Source: Eledone cirrhosa (Eukaryota). Taken from it: a stretch of 64,000 nucleotides of DNA. Within the stretch, counting starts at the first letter, position 1; each line of letters begins with the position of its first letter. This document shows positions 14,080 to 28,526 of this stretch, piece after piece. The position numbers were made by a program, and so were the translations under genes. The stretch spans positions 232,438,001 through 232,502,000 of the forward strand of contig OZ024743.1 in NCBI GenBank assembly GCA_964016885.1. The letters are read 5' to 3'. The notes under the pieces were generated by a model. That model did no database searches. It saw only the letters and a list, made by a program, of their open reading frames with translations, and had not been told where the DNA came from.

Positions 14080-14442
14080 TTCAAAAGGAATATAAATTAA
14101 AATAAAGAAAGAATGTTACATGAATGTAATGTTCCATATATTAGTATTTCACTATGGTGTCCTGGGTATATCTATTGTCTGCCATAGTCGAGCAATATTC
14201 TTCTGTCGAGGCTGCATTGTGTGAGATCTGCCTATATTTATACATTGTTTGGGCTTTACAGACATATATACATTATTTACATATATATATATAAATATTT
14301 GACATTACCAAGGACAATATACCTTAACGGTTCAAGTTATCCTTGGAAAGTATTGAATACTTACTCCAGAAACTGTCGAGTGCTCTGAATCAGTTCTAAA
14401 CATCTATATTTGTTGGATTTCCAACAAATTAAATATCGCTTC

Positions 14443-14506
<64 letters not shown>

Positions 14507-14634
14507 AAGTTATATTTAAAATTGTTGGGTTACAACTAGTAAATATTTATAACTGATATAAAAGCACTCGACAAATATTTGGAGTATATTTACAATATTA
14601 AATAAATGGAAAACTATATTTATAAAACCATATT

Positions 14635-14700
14635 TATTTCATTATATATATTTCGGGGATATCATATTAACAATATGCTATGCCTTCATCAGACAAAATA
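14635..14700 (-). ncRNA. Type I hammerhead motif (family B)
   Basis: Mirror copy of 14821-14886. Confidence 0.7.
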
Positions 14701-14820
14701 CAATATAAACAGTTTTATAGATAAATATATTCGACATACCGTAATAAACATCAACTTCATTTGAAGAGGTTTACTCTAGCAGTATGTCGAATATATTTAT
14801 CTATAAAACTGTTTATATTG

Positions 14821-14886
14821 TATTTTGTCTGATGAAGGCATAGCATATTGTTAATATGATATCCCCGAAATATATATAATGAAATA
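14821..14886 (+). ncRNA. Type I hammerhead motif (family B)
   Basis: TATTTTGT-CTGATGA-stem II-GAAA-TATATA-TA-ATGAAATA. Confidence 0.7.
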
Positions 14887-14924
14887 AATATGGTTTTATA
14901 AATATAGTTTTCCATTTATTTAAT

Positions 14925-15054
<130 letters not shown>

Positions 15055-15199
15055 AGAGATATTTAATTTGTTGGAAATCCAACAAATAAAGATGTTTATA
15101 ACTGATTCAGGGCACTAGACAGTTTTTCTGGAGTAAGTATTCAATACTTTCCAGGGATGACTTGAACCGTTATGGTATATTGTCCTTGGTCATGTCAAA

Positions 15200-15239
<40 letters not shown>

Positions 15240-16145
15240 ATGTATATGTGTCTGTAAAGCCCAAACAATGTATAAATAAATTAACATGTAGTGTTAGAAA
15301 TCAGCATTTTCATTCTAAATAGACCATAAACTGTCTATATAAGATCTGTTGTTTTTTAGATAACGGTAGAAACTGCAAAAAGCATAGGCTTTTTTTGAAT
15401 TCGTACTAAAAGTTATTGTTGGACAGATCATAGATTATAGGGGATATTTTTCTTCTCCTAAGTATAACATTTCAGAAATTGAAAGTTAGAAATCATACAT
15501 ATTGCAGGAAAGTGTTGTTTTACGGTGTGTTACTTTGAAGCGACGAATCTGGCAACCACATATTTCCATAAAGCAATTTTAAAACAGTAAAATAGTATTT
15601 AACGCCTTGCTTTAGCCGGTTTGTTAACTATCACTTGATTTGGAACCCATTTGTTACACACAATCAGCCAACAATAATTAAGTAAAATACTACCTAAGGA
15701 CTCAACTTGTATTATCAACGGTAACGGAATGTGAAAATGCGATCCCTGAAGCGTTAGACGGAAACTCTACAGATACGCCAAGATACAATTCCAGTTCGTC
15801 AAAATTGAAAGTGAAACTAGGAGAATAACAGATCCTGACAGCTAGTATTGTTGTAAACTAATCACTTTTGTACGAAGTAGCTTTGATAGTCGCAAGTGAT
15901 ATATTCTAACCAACACACGTGACCACTTACTCACACAATATACACAGAACGGTACCAAAGCATGATTCAACTGCCCACAGGTCATGTCTGATTTAATACA
16001 TTATATCTTTAATACGTGGTATTGACAACTACTGGGGAAGTTCTCTATTTTCAGGTCAGGCTCAAGTGATAAGATATCGTGGTCTTTCAAAATTGCTTTC
16101 AACACAAGATACAAATGTCTCGACAAATAACGAGAGAATTAATGA

Positions 16146-16181
<36 letters not shown>

Positions 16182-16711
16182 ACGAATGAAAGAAATCAAC
16201 AAACGCTCAAAATAACAGATTATAATAAATTTTCGACAGGAAATTAAAAAGAGAATTTAATCTGGAAATTATATATTTAGATTATTTTTCTAACTTTCTG
16301 TGATTATGCTATCTGTAAATCATTTCTATCTTTCAGTCCCTCTTTCTTTCCCTCCTACGAATGATGAGTGAATGTGTTAGACGTTGGTTTTCATAAAACT
16401 GTTTCACCTACGTAATTGAAGGAATCGCATGTTCAATCATATGCTTGGTAGTATTGCTGGTGTTGAGCTAGTTGTTGCTGTAGGTATTATTTGTGTTGAA
16501 CGTGTTTTGGGAAATTAGGCACATACGTATTATTATTTTTTTTATATTGTGGCTGGTGTTGCTGTTGATAACACTTGCATTTAATATAGGCGCCGAATTG
16601 TCAGGGTCATTAGAACATCGGATAAAATGATGCCTGGTTTTAGTTTCGGGTCTTTGCCTTTTGAGGTCGGTAATTAAATTACTAGTCAAGTAATGGGATC
16701 GATCATCTCCC

Positions 16712-16777
<66 letters not shown>

Positions 16778-17339
16778 AACTCTTAGTCGCTCTACTTAAC
16801 TTTCTTACTCTCTCTCTCTCTTACGCAACCTTTCTCAGCAATACACATACACACGCACAGACACTTTTTATTGAAATAATTAATCACTTAAGCTCAGACC
16901 TGTAGAGGGATGCGCTCAGTCAGTTAGTTATTTTTTTTAAAGCCCAAAACGGGCCGGGAACTAGGACAGCGTCCCTACGAGATCATCAGAAGTTCAAGGC
17001 CTATGGCATGGAATGCTATGTCATATATGTCCTATGTTAACAATCGTGATATAATATTGTCGTTGCTGTCCTTCTGGAATTTTCCTTAGCGTTTTTGCTT
17101 GTATTTTTGGTTACAGTGTTGTTGTTCCCCCAGCCGTACTAGTCGTTTACTCTTTTTGATGACGATTAAACAAACCTCTGATCAAATGAATTTCTGTCGT
17201 AATACTATCTAGGATAATACTTAGTGAAGTCGTTTGGAATTTGCGTGAAGTACTTTTGACTGGTATTTATCACACGTCAGGCGACCTCAAAGAAAATATT
17301 TATGATTGAGTGTCGTCATTAATAATGTCCCTGTTAGAG

Positions 17340-17759
17340 GGCGGTGGATTGACAGTATCGGTAGAACGTCGAACACAATGCTTCAGGACAGAGAGTTATG
17401 GCCCTTTACGTTCTGATTTCAAATGCCGCCGAGGTTAGCTTTTCCTTTCATCCTTACGGTGTCGATGAAATAAAGTACCAGGCACGCATTGGGGTCGATT
17501 TAATTGACTTTGCCTTCCCCCAAATTGCCGGCCTTGTGCCTAAATTAGAAACCATTATTAATGGCAGGGCGCTGGATTGGCAGTATCGGTAGAGGATCGA
17601 ACGCCATGCTTTGCAGCAAAGAGTTACGGCCCTTTAGGATCTGAGTTCAAATCCCGCCGAGGTTAACTTTGCCTTTCATCCTTACGGGGTCGATAAAATA
17701 AAGTACCAGTAATGTACTGGATTATTGCTGGACTTGTGCCAAAGGTAGAAACAATTATT
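17340..17759 (+). mobile_element. Two tandem tRNA-derived SINEs
   Basis: Two head-to-tail copies of the 5208 SINE (~17340-17558 and ~17567-17759). Confidence 0.85.
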
Positions 17760-19310
17760 CGAGGTGGTGGTTGTGGTGGTGGTGGTAGTGGTGGTGTGGT
17801 AGTGGTGGTAATGATGGTGGTCGTGGTGGTGGTGATGGTGGTCGTGGTGGTCGTGGTTGAGGTGGCGGTTGTGGTGGTGGTGGTGGTTGTGATGGTGGTG
17901 GTGGTGGTTGGGTGGGAGTTGTGGTAGAGGTTGTGGTCGTGGAGGTCGTGGTGGTAGTGCTGGTGATGGTAGTGGTGGTTGTGGTTGTGGTGATGCTCGT
18001 GATGCTGGTGGTGGGTGTGGTGGTGGTGTTGGTGGTTGTGGTGGTGGCGCTGGTGGTGGTGTTCGAGGTGGTGGTTGTTGTTGTGGTGGTTGTGGTGGTG
18101 GTGGTGGTTGTGGTGGTGGTGGTGGTGGTGGTGGTGGCGTTGGTTGTGGTCGTGGTGGTAGTGCAGGTGATGGTAGTGGTGGTTGTGGTTGTGGTGGTGG
18201 TTGTTATGATGGTGGTGGTGGTAGTGGTGGTCGAGTGGTGGTTGTGGTGGTGGTGGTTGTGATTAAGTTGTGGTGGAGGGGGTAGTGGTTGCGTTAGTGG
18301 TGGTTGTTGCGGTAGTGGTGGTGGTCGTGGTTGTGGTGGTAGTGGTTGTGGTTGTGGTCGTGGTGGTGGTAGTAGTTGTGGTCGTGGTAGTTGTGGTGGT
18401 GGTAATTTTGGTAGTTGTAGTCGTGGTGGTGGTAGTTTGGTAGTGGTAGTTGTGGTGGTGGTAGTTGTGGTGGTTGTGGTTGTGGTGGTGATAATTGTGG
18501 TGGTAATTGTGGTGTTGGAGCTAGTCGTGGTGGTGGAGGTTGTTGTGGTAGTAGTAGTTGTGGTAGTGGTAGTGTGGTGGTTGTGGTGGTGGTAGTGGTG
18601 GTGGTGGTGATGGTTGTGGTAGTAGTTGTGGTGGTGGTGGTGATGGTAGTGGTTGCGTTGGTGGTGGTTGTTGCGGTAGTGGTGGTGGTCGTGGTTGTGG
18701 TGGTAATGGTTGTGGTTGTGGTAGTGATGGTTGTAGTTGCGGTGGTGGTAGTAGTTGTGGTTGTTGTGGTGGTGGTAGTGGTGATGGTAGTAGTTGTGGT
18801 GGTGGTAGTTGTGGTGGTGGTAGTTGTGGTAGTAGTAGTTGTGGTGGTGGTAGTTGTGGTGGTTGTGGTGGTGGTAATTGTGCTGGTGGAGGTAGTCGTG
18901 GTGGTGGAGACAGTTGTGGTGGTAGTAGTTGTGGTAGTGGTAGTGTGGTAGTGGTGATGGTGGTGGTGGTAATGGTGGTTGTGGTGGTGGTAGTGATGGT
19001 GGTGGTGATGGTGGTGGTGGTAGTAGTTGTGGTGGTGGTGATGGTTATGGTGGCGGTGGTCGTGGTGATGGTGGTAGTGGTGGTCGTAGTGGTGGTGGTG
19101 GTAGGGGTGGTGGTGGTCGTGGTGGTGGTAGTAGTTATGGTGGTGGTAGTTGTGGTTGTGGTGATGGTGGTGGTAGTAGTTGTTGTGGTGGTGGTGGTAG
19201 TGGTGGTGGTTATTGTAGTTGTAGTTGTGGTGCTGGTTTTGGTGGTAGTAGTTGCGGTGGTAGTGGTGGTGGTAGTGGTGGTGGTTGTGGTGGTAGTAGT
19301 GGTGGTGTTC
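17760..19310 (+). repeat. Degenerate (GGT/AGT/TGT)n trinucleotide tract
   Basis: Direct inspection. Confidence 0.95.
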
Positions 19311-19359
19311 TTGGTCATCTTTTTTTATTTTTTTTTTTTAAATTCTTTTTTCTCATATT

Positions 19360-20234
19360 CTACTATCACCACCACCCCACTACTACTTCTACTACGACTA
19401 CAACCACCACTACTAATACTACCACACCACCACACTACTACCACCACCATCAACAACAAGACCACCACCAATACTGTTGTGCTGTTGTACTATTAACACC
19501 AACACCACTACTTCTACAACTACCACCACCACCACCACCACCTCTACTAATATTACTACTACTACCACCACCAACTACAACAACACCACCACCACCACTA
19601 CTGTTGTGCTGTTGTACTATTACCACCAACACCACTACTACTACTACTACCACCACCACCACCACCTCTATTAATATTACTACTACTACCACCACCAAAA
19701 ACAACAACACCACCACTGTTGTGCTGTGGTACTATTACCAACACCACCACTACTACTACAACTACCACCACCACCACCTCTACTAATATTACTACTATTA
19801 CCACCACCACCAACTATAACAACACCACCATGACTCCTTTTTTGCTGTTGGTTGTACTATTACAACCACAACCACTACTACTACCACCACCACCGCCACT
19901 ACCGTCACCACCGATAGTACTACTACTGCTACTACTACTACCACCACCGCCACTACCGTCAGCACCGATAGTACTGCTACTGCTACTACTACTACCACTA
20001 CTACCACAACCGCCACTACCGTCACCACCGTTAGTACTACTACTGCTACTACTACTACCACTACTACCACCACCGCCACTACCGTCACCACCGATAGTAC
20101 TACTACTGCTACTACTACTACCACTACTACCACCACCGCCACTACCGTCACCACCGTTAGTACTACTACTGCTACTACTACTACCACTACCACCGCCACC
20201 GCCACTACCGTCACCACCGATACTACTACTACTG

Positions 20235-20268
<34 letters not shown>

Positions 20269-20304
20269 CACTACCACCACCACCGCCACTACCGTCACCA
20301 CCGA

Positions 20305-20344
<40 letters not shown>

Positions 20345-20469
20345 GCTACTACTACTACCACCACCACCGCCACTACCGTCACCACCGATACTACTACTAC
20401 TGCTACTACTACTACTAATACTACTACTACTACTACTACCACCACCACCGCCACTACCGTCACCACCGA

Positions 20470-20506
<37 letters not shown>

Positions 20507-20564
20507 GCTACTACTACTACCACCACCACCGCCACTACCGTCACCACCGATACTACTACTACTG

Positions 20565-20619
<55 letters not shown>

Positions 20620-20640
20620 CGCCACTACCGTCACCACCGA

Positions 20641-20691
<51 letters not shown>

Positions 20692-20744
20692 CGCCACTAC
20701 CGTCACCACCGATACTACTACTACTACTACTACTACTACTGCTG

Positions 20745-20808
<64 letters not shown>

Positions 20809-20843
20809 CGCCACTACCGTCACCACCGATACTACTACTACTG

Positions 20844-20892
<49 letters not shown>

Positions 20893-20913
20893 CGCCACTA
20901 CCGTCACCACCGA

Positions 20914-20959
<46 letters not shown>

Positions 20960-21017
20960 GCTACTACTACTACCACCACCACCGCCACTACCGTCACCAC
21001 CGATACTACTACTACTG

Positions 21018-21063
<46 letters not shown>

Positions 21064-21084
21064 CGCCACTACCGTCACCACCGA

Positions 21085-21130
<46 letters not shown>

Positions 21131-21174
21131 GCTACTACTACTACCACCACCACCGCCACTACCGTCACCACCGA

Positions 21175-21222
<48 letters not shown>

Positions 21223-21492
21223 CGCCACTACCGTCACCACCGATACTACTACTACTACTGCTACTACTACTACCACCACCACCGCCACTACCGTCACCAC
21301 CGATACTACTACTACTACTGCTACTACTACTACCACCACCACCGCCACTACCGTCACCACCGATACTACTACTACTACTGCTACTACTACTACCACCACC
21401 ACCGCCACTACCGTCACCACCGATACTACTACTACTACTACTACTACTACTAATACTACTACCACCACCACCGCCACTACCGTCACCACCGA

Positions 21493-21543
<51 letters not shown>

Positions 21544-21948
21544 CGCCACAACCGTCACCACCGATACTACTACTGCTACTACTACTGCTACTACTACTAC
21601 CACCACCACCGCCACTACCGTCACCAACGATACTACTACTACTACTGCTACTACTACTACCACCACCACCGCCACTACCGTCACCACCGATACTACTACT
21701 ACTACTACTACTACTGCTACTACTACCACCACCACCACCGCCACTACCGTCACCACCGATACTACTACTACTACTACTACTAATACTACTACCACCACCA
21801 CCGCCACTACCGTCACCACCGATACTACTACTACTACTACTACTACTACTAATACTACTACTACCACCACCGCCACTACCGTCACCAACGATACTACTAC
21901 TACTGCTACTACTACTACCACCACCACCGCCACTACCGTCACCACCGA

Positions 21949-21990
<42 letters not shown>

Positions 21991-22011
21991 CGCCACTACC
22001 GTCACCAACGA

Positions 22012-22063
<52 letters not shown>

Positions 22064-22107
22064 GCTACTACTACTACCACCACCACCGCCACTACCGTCA
22101 CCAACGA

Positions 22108-22159
<52 letters not shown>

Positions 22160-22185
22160 GCCACCGCCACTACCGTCACCACCGA

Positions 22186-22222
<37 letters not shown>

Positions 22223-22292
22223 GCCACCGCCACTACCGTCACCACCGATACTACTACTACTACCACCGCCACCGCCACTACCGTCACCACCG

Positions 22293-22324
<32 letters not shown>

Positions 22325-22350
22325 GCCACCGCCACTACCGTCACCACCGA

Positions 22351-22383
<33 letters not shown>

Positions 22384-22407
22384 CACTGCCACTACCGTCA
22401 CCACCGA

Positions 22408-22447
<40 letters not shown>

Positions 22448-22479
22448 GCCACTACCGTCACCACCGATACTACTACTGC

Positions 22480-22510
<31 letters not shown>

Positions 22511-22530
22511 GCCACTACCGTCACCACCGA

Positions 22531-22575
<45 letters not shown>

Positions 22576-22596
22576 CGCCACTACCGTCACCACCGA

Positions 22597-22641
<45 letters not shown>

Positions 22642-22674
22642 CACTGCCACCGCCACTACCGTCACCACCGATAC

Positions 22675-22705
<31 letters not shown>

Positions 22706-22736
22706 GCCACTACCGTCACCACCGATACTACTACTG

Positions 22737-22777
<41 letters not shown>

Positions 22778-22797
22778 GCCACTACCGTCACCACCGA

Positions 22798-22840
<43 letters not shown>

Positions 22841-22860
22841 GCCACTACCGTCACCACCGA

Positions 22861-22892
<32 letters not shown>

Positions 22893-22943
22893 TTACTACT
22901 ACTACTACTACTACCACCACCACCGCCACTACCGTCACCACCG

Positions 22944-22975
<32 letters not shown>

Positions 22976-22995
22976 GCCACTACCGTCACCACCGA

Positions 22996-23047
<52 letters not shown>

Positions 23048-23067
23048 GCCACTACCGTCACCACCGA

Positions 23068-23100
<33 letters not shown>

Positions 23101-23141
23101 CTCCACCACCGCCACTACCGTCACCACCGATACTACTACTG

Positions 23142-23179
<38 letters not shown>

Positions 23180-23378
23180 GCTACTACTACTACCACCACC
23201 ACCGCCACTACCGTCACCACCGATACTACTACTACTACTGCTACTACTACTACTACTACCACCACCACCGCCACTACCGTCACCACCGATACTACTACTA
23301 CTACTGCTACTACTACTACTACTACCACCACCACCGCCACTACCGTCACCACCGATACTACTACTGCTACTACTACTG

Positions 23379-23419
<41 letters not shown>

Positions 23420-23483
23420 GCTACTACTACTGCTAGTACTACTGCTACTACTACTGCTACTACTACTGCTACTACTACTACTG

Positions 23484-23530
<47 letters not shown>

Positions 23531-23824
23531 GCTACTACTACTACTACTACTACTACTGCTACTACTACTACTACTACTACTACTGCTACTACTACTACTA
23601 GTACTACTACTACTGCTACTACTGCTACTACTACTACTACTACTACTACTACTGCTACTACTACTGCTACTACTACTGCTACTACTATGCTGCTACTACT
23701 ACTACTACTACTACTACTACTGCTACTACTACTACTACTACTGCTACTACTACTGCTACTACTACTGCTACTACTACTACTGCTACTACTACTACTACTA
23801 CTATTACTACTACTACTACTACTG

Positions 23825-23856
<32 letters not shown>

Positions 23857-23860
23857 GCTG

Positions 23861-23904
<44 letters not shown>

Positions 23905-23950
23905 GCTACTACTACTGATACCACCACCACTGCTACTACTACTACTATCA
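19360..23950 (+). repeat. (ACT/ACC)n compound minisatellite
   Basis: Dozens of units of (ACT)n(ACC)n GCC ACT ACC GTC ACC ACC GAT from ~19880 to 23355, then (ACT/GCT)n. Confidence 0.95.
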
Positions 23951-24234
23951 TACTACACTTAGCATCGTCATTCATTCACTGCCTCAACTTTGTTCCTCCC
24001 TCCTTTACAGTTATCTTCAATATCCGGAGTGTGCAATTTTCTTAACCGAAGAAACAAAGGGAGGGGAGGAATGTGGATAGAACTGGTAATTTACATGACG
24101 GCTAAAATAACTGTTATTAACGTTAGTGGAGTTTGAACTCTTCTGTCAAACAATTCTACAATGTCCTCTACAGAGTTGCATAGTTATTGTGCTCACATGT
24201 CTCCTACTTTCTGAGAGCGGATAATATATGTGAG

Positions 24235-24272
<38 letters not shown>

Positions 24273-24505
24273 TATGTATGTATGTATGTGTGTATGTATG
24301 TGTGTATATATATATATATATATATTAGTATGTATGTATGTATGTATGTGTGTATGTATGTGTGTATATGTATATATATATATATATATATTAGTATGTA
24401 TGTATGTATGTGTGTATGTATGTGTGTATATGTATATATATATATATATATATATTAGTATGTATGTATGTATGTGTGTATGTATGTATGTATGTATTAT
24501 GTATG

Positions 24506-24575
<70 letters not shown>

Positions 24576-24618
24576 GGAATACTGTTGGCTTTCTCCTACA
24601 ATATTTTCTATACCTTTC

Positions 24619-24660
<42 letters not shown>

Positions 24661-24697
24661 GTATGTATATATATATATATATATATTAGTATGTATG

Positions 24698-24801
<104 letters not shown>

Positions 24802-24932
24802 GATGTATATATCGAGAGAGAGAGAGCGTCAAACTGAGACAAAGAGTGAGTGGCACAGATACACACACATACACACGAATAAATATGTGTGTGTGCGGGT
24901 GTGTATGTGTGTGTATGCGTGTATATATATAT

Positions 24933-24967
<35 letters not shown>

Positions 24968-24968
24968 A

Positions 24969-25024
<56 letters not shown>

Positions 25025-25055
25025 TGTGTTCGGGCATGTAAGTGTGTGTATGCGC

Positions 25056-25156
<101 letters not shown>

Positions 25157-25587
25157 TGTGTGTTTGTGTGTTTGTATGTGTATGTGCACGTGTGTGACTT
25201 CGTCCATGATGACGACTTAAGAAAATTACAAAGCGAAGGTTTATGAAAAAACAAAGGACGATGGTATTCTTAAGGAACATGTAGTTGTGGTGGTGGTATC
25301 GTGATGGTATTGGTGGTGCCGATAGAAACTAGAATGATATGTGTAGGGGAACATGTGCTAGATAAGTAACACATCCCCAATATCATACCAGTCGAAGTTA
25401 AAATAATATATATTATCGAAAGGCAAGTACTTCAAAGTCGTCAATTTACCAGGTTAAACCAATCTCTTGTGACCGTGGATGTATCTTGGAAACAATATTA
25501 ATATTTGTTATTAATATTACTGTTTTGTTCGTTACTTTGTCGACACATATTACACATCGCTCCTGTAACTCTGTTATTATTTCTGTT

Positions 25588-25780
25588 GGCGGTGGATTTA
25601 GCAGTATCTGTAGAGAGTCGGACGCCATGCTTTGCAGCATAGAGTTACGGCCCTTTATGATCTGAGTTCAACTCCCGCCGAGATCAACTTTGATTTTCAT
25701 CCCTACGGGGTCGATAACATAAAGTACCAGTAATGTACTGGGTAATTGCTGGCCTTGTGCCAAAAGTAGAAACAATTATT
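25588..25780 (+). mobile_element. tRNA-derived SINE
   Basis: Full-length copy of the 5208 family. Confidence 0.85.
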
Positions 25781-25806
25781 ACTGTTGTTATACAAAGTTA
25801 AATAAT

Positions 25807-25827
25807 CTATATTACTAAAATAGAGAA

Positions 25828-25858
<31 letters not shown>

Positions 25859-26360
25859 ACAATCACTAAAACTTGAGAACCGCCCAACCGATTGTTTTCA
25901 AACTTTACACATGTAATACTTATGGTCCTATTGAGTGTTCTGAACAAAAACAACTTCAAATTTTCAATGCCCTAGGGACCGCATTAGGCGATTTTGCGAT
26001 CTCTTTCTCTCTCTCTTAGTCTTTCTCTTTTTAAATAGATACATAGATATTACGTTGCGCTTTTATAATATCTGTCTGTATGTGTAACTGTCTGCATTAC
26101 GTCATTATGACGCTGTGTGTGTGTGTGTGTGTGTATATGTATATATATATATAGTGTGTGTGTATATATATATATATATATGGTGTGTAACGCTTTTGGA
26201 AATATTTACTTCTGCGTTCACAGATTTATTATTTTAGTGTCAGAAGACCCCGTTAAGGGTGAAAGCAGCGATTCTTTGCTTAAACTTTAATCTGTTATTT
26301 TAATATATATATATATATTTTGTTTATATGTGTATGCAAAAATATCTGTACACGAATATA

Positions 26361-26456
<96 letters not shown>

Positions 26457-26789
26457 CATATATTCGTGTACAGATATTTTTGCATACACATATAAACAAA
26501 AGTATTTATTTCGCGATAAAGTATTGATTTTCTTCGAACGGAAAAAAACCCTGGTAATGTACGATCGATTTTTTTTATAAGCACAAAATGTTGACACCAA
26601 CCCGAGGCCGAGGTATTCCGTACTTCTCTGTACTGTTATTTATATATTCGTGTAGAGATATCTTTGCATACACAATAACAAAATATAAACAAACGTATTT
26701 ACTTCACGAGGCTCGATAAGGATAAATATATATCAAATATATAATAACCCTAGAGCATATCCCGAGCAACGCCGGGCCATTATGCTAGT
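25807..26789 (-). mobile_element. HINE-like element with nested fold-back fragments
   Basis: (GTCT)n near the left end, CCCGAGCAACGCCGGG...CTAGT at the right end; reverse homology to 12871-13790. Confidence 0.65.
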
Positions 26790-26929
26790 TGTTTCTAATC
26801 ATCCAAGTGCACTACTGGTAGTTTATTTTATCGACCCCGTAAGGATGGGTCACGTCCATTGCATAATATTTTTTTTAAATCATGTTCAGTTAAAAATAAT
26901 TTTTAAATAATACTCACACACACACTCAT

Positions 26930-27254
26930 AATAAGGAGCAGATATTGCAATAAGGAGCAGATATTGCAATAGCCTGGGGTTCAAGGGCCCTCAACACGTC
27001 AAAAAGCTGCCGAAGGATCTGAGAGATCTGCATGGTGTGGATGTGGATGTCTTCAAGAAACATCTCGACAACTTGCTATCCAGGATCCCGGATGAGCCCA
27101 CAGTAAGGCATGAAGGAAACCTAAGGGCAGCAGCAACGAACTCTCACTTGCCCAGTGGCCAACCAATAAAGGCTGGAGATGAAATAGGTAGCAACAAGGG
27201 CGGGGCCCCAGCATGGCCTCAGCTGGATGGCTGGAACAGGTAAAAGAGTAAAAG
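26930..27254 (+). mobile_element. CR1-group LINE 3' fragment
   Basis: Translates as ...SLGFKGPQ/LPKDLRDLHGVDVDVFKKHLDNLLSRIPDEP...RAAATNS, followed by a hairpin 3'UTR and a GTAAAAGA repeat tail. Confidence 0.7.
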
Positions 27255-27268
27255 ATATATATATATAT

Positions 27269-27488
27269 AACGAAGGAAGTGTGGTAAGGAACCAGATGAA
27301 TCATAACGCACTAGAGTACTCGATACTTTGAGTAGTAGAGTGGGTAATAGAAAAATGTTCAAGACCACGATGGCAGAGCTCAAGCCGTTTCGACGGCTAT
27401 TTCTGGACGCTATTTCTCGACGGCTATTTCCTTCCAGAAATAGCGGTCGGAATGACTTGAGCTCTGCCGTCGGGGTCTTGAACATTTT

Positions 27489-27491
<3 letters not shown>
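27269..27491 (-). mobile_element. GC-rich fold-back element (family G)
   Basis: AACGAAGGAA...GAGTGGGTAA tail plus a palindrome; (TA)n flanks; four copies in the window. Confidence 0.8.
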
Positions 27492-27543
<52 letters not shown>

Positions 27544-27672
27544 TCACTCAACAAACATTAGGATATACCTCAGTATAATCCCAATTATACGTTTGGGGTG
27601 CTAACTATACGTATTTTGTGGATAGCCAGTTGTATTATTTTATATGAGACATAATTAAAATACATCTCTCTT

Positions 27673-27794
27673 TCCAAACGATCGTTTCATTATAAGTTTT
27701 CTACAAATTGAGAAAATAATGTCCAGGTTATGTAGAAGCCTACACATAGTCCGTAGGAATATATGTAGGTGGGCACTTATAAATCATCAGTGGA
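27673..27794 (-). ncRNA. Hammerhead motif with 95-nt branched stem II
   Basis: Minus strand: TCCA-CTGATGA-TTTATAAGT...ACTTATAAT-GAAA-CGATCG-TT-TGGA. Confidence 0.65.
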
Positions 27795-28404
27795 TGCCCG
27801 ACAAATATCGATATAAAAAAAAACCGTACCGATATTAATGTTCAGCGATGGTACTCTGCCATGCTAGAATGACCGCCAAATTTGAAATTCCACCAGTCTC
27901 ACAATGAGAAATCTCACACTGCCATCAAGCGGAAAGCGGAGATCATCGCAAAACATAAAAGAATAAAATAATATGCACGCGGGTCAATTAATTCTTTCAA
28001 TAATTTTAACCATGCGTGAAGAACTCAATTGGATATAAAAAAAAAATTATAAAAAAATATATGCATGTATTATTTATACACGCATATAGGTATTTTCTTA
28101 GGCTATAAACAGAGATAAGATACCGGAAGAACAATCAATATTTCATACAAAGAATAAATACGGAAAGTCATACCTAAAATGTATCTGGAAATATTCATCC
28201 CTGGCCAAATCAAGAGTATAATATTTAATACATTAACAGAGAAATCTTTAAGCAACACTCCGACCGGCTTCCGTCTAACTCAACAAACATAAGGATATAC
28301 CTTAGTATAATCCCAATTATACGTTTGGGGTGCTAACTATACGTATTTTGCAGATAGCCAGCTGTATTATTTTATATGAGACATAATTAAAATACATCTC
28401 TCTT

Positions 28405-28526
28405 TCCAAACGATCGTTTCATTATAAGTTTTCTACAAATTTGGAAAATAATGTCCAGGTTATGTAGAAGCCTACACATAGTCCGTAGGAATATATGTAG
28501 GTGGGCACTTATAAATCATCAGTGGA
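28405..28526 (-). ncRNA. Hammerhead motif, second tandem copy
   Basis: Same core and stems as 27673-27794. Confidence 0.65.

Noticed and set aside
19880-23355. CRISPR-like constant repeat with variable spacers
   Set aside because: The spacers are only (ACT)n length variants, the context is eukaryotic and there are no cas genes
19719-23918. 1399-aa Leu/Pro ORF and antisense 1184-aa Val ORF
   Set aside because: These are by-products of a stop-free trinucleotide minisatellite, with no domain content
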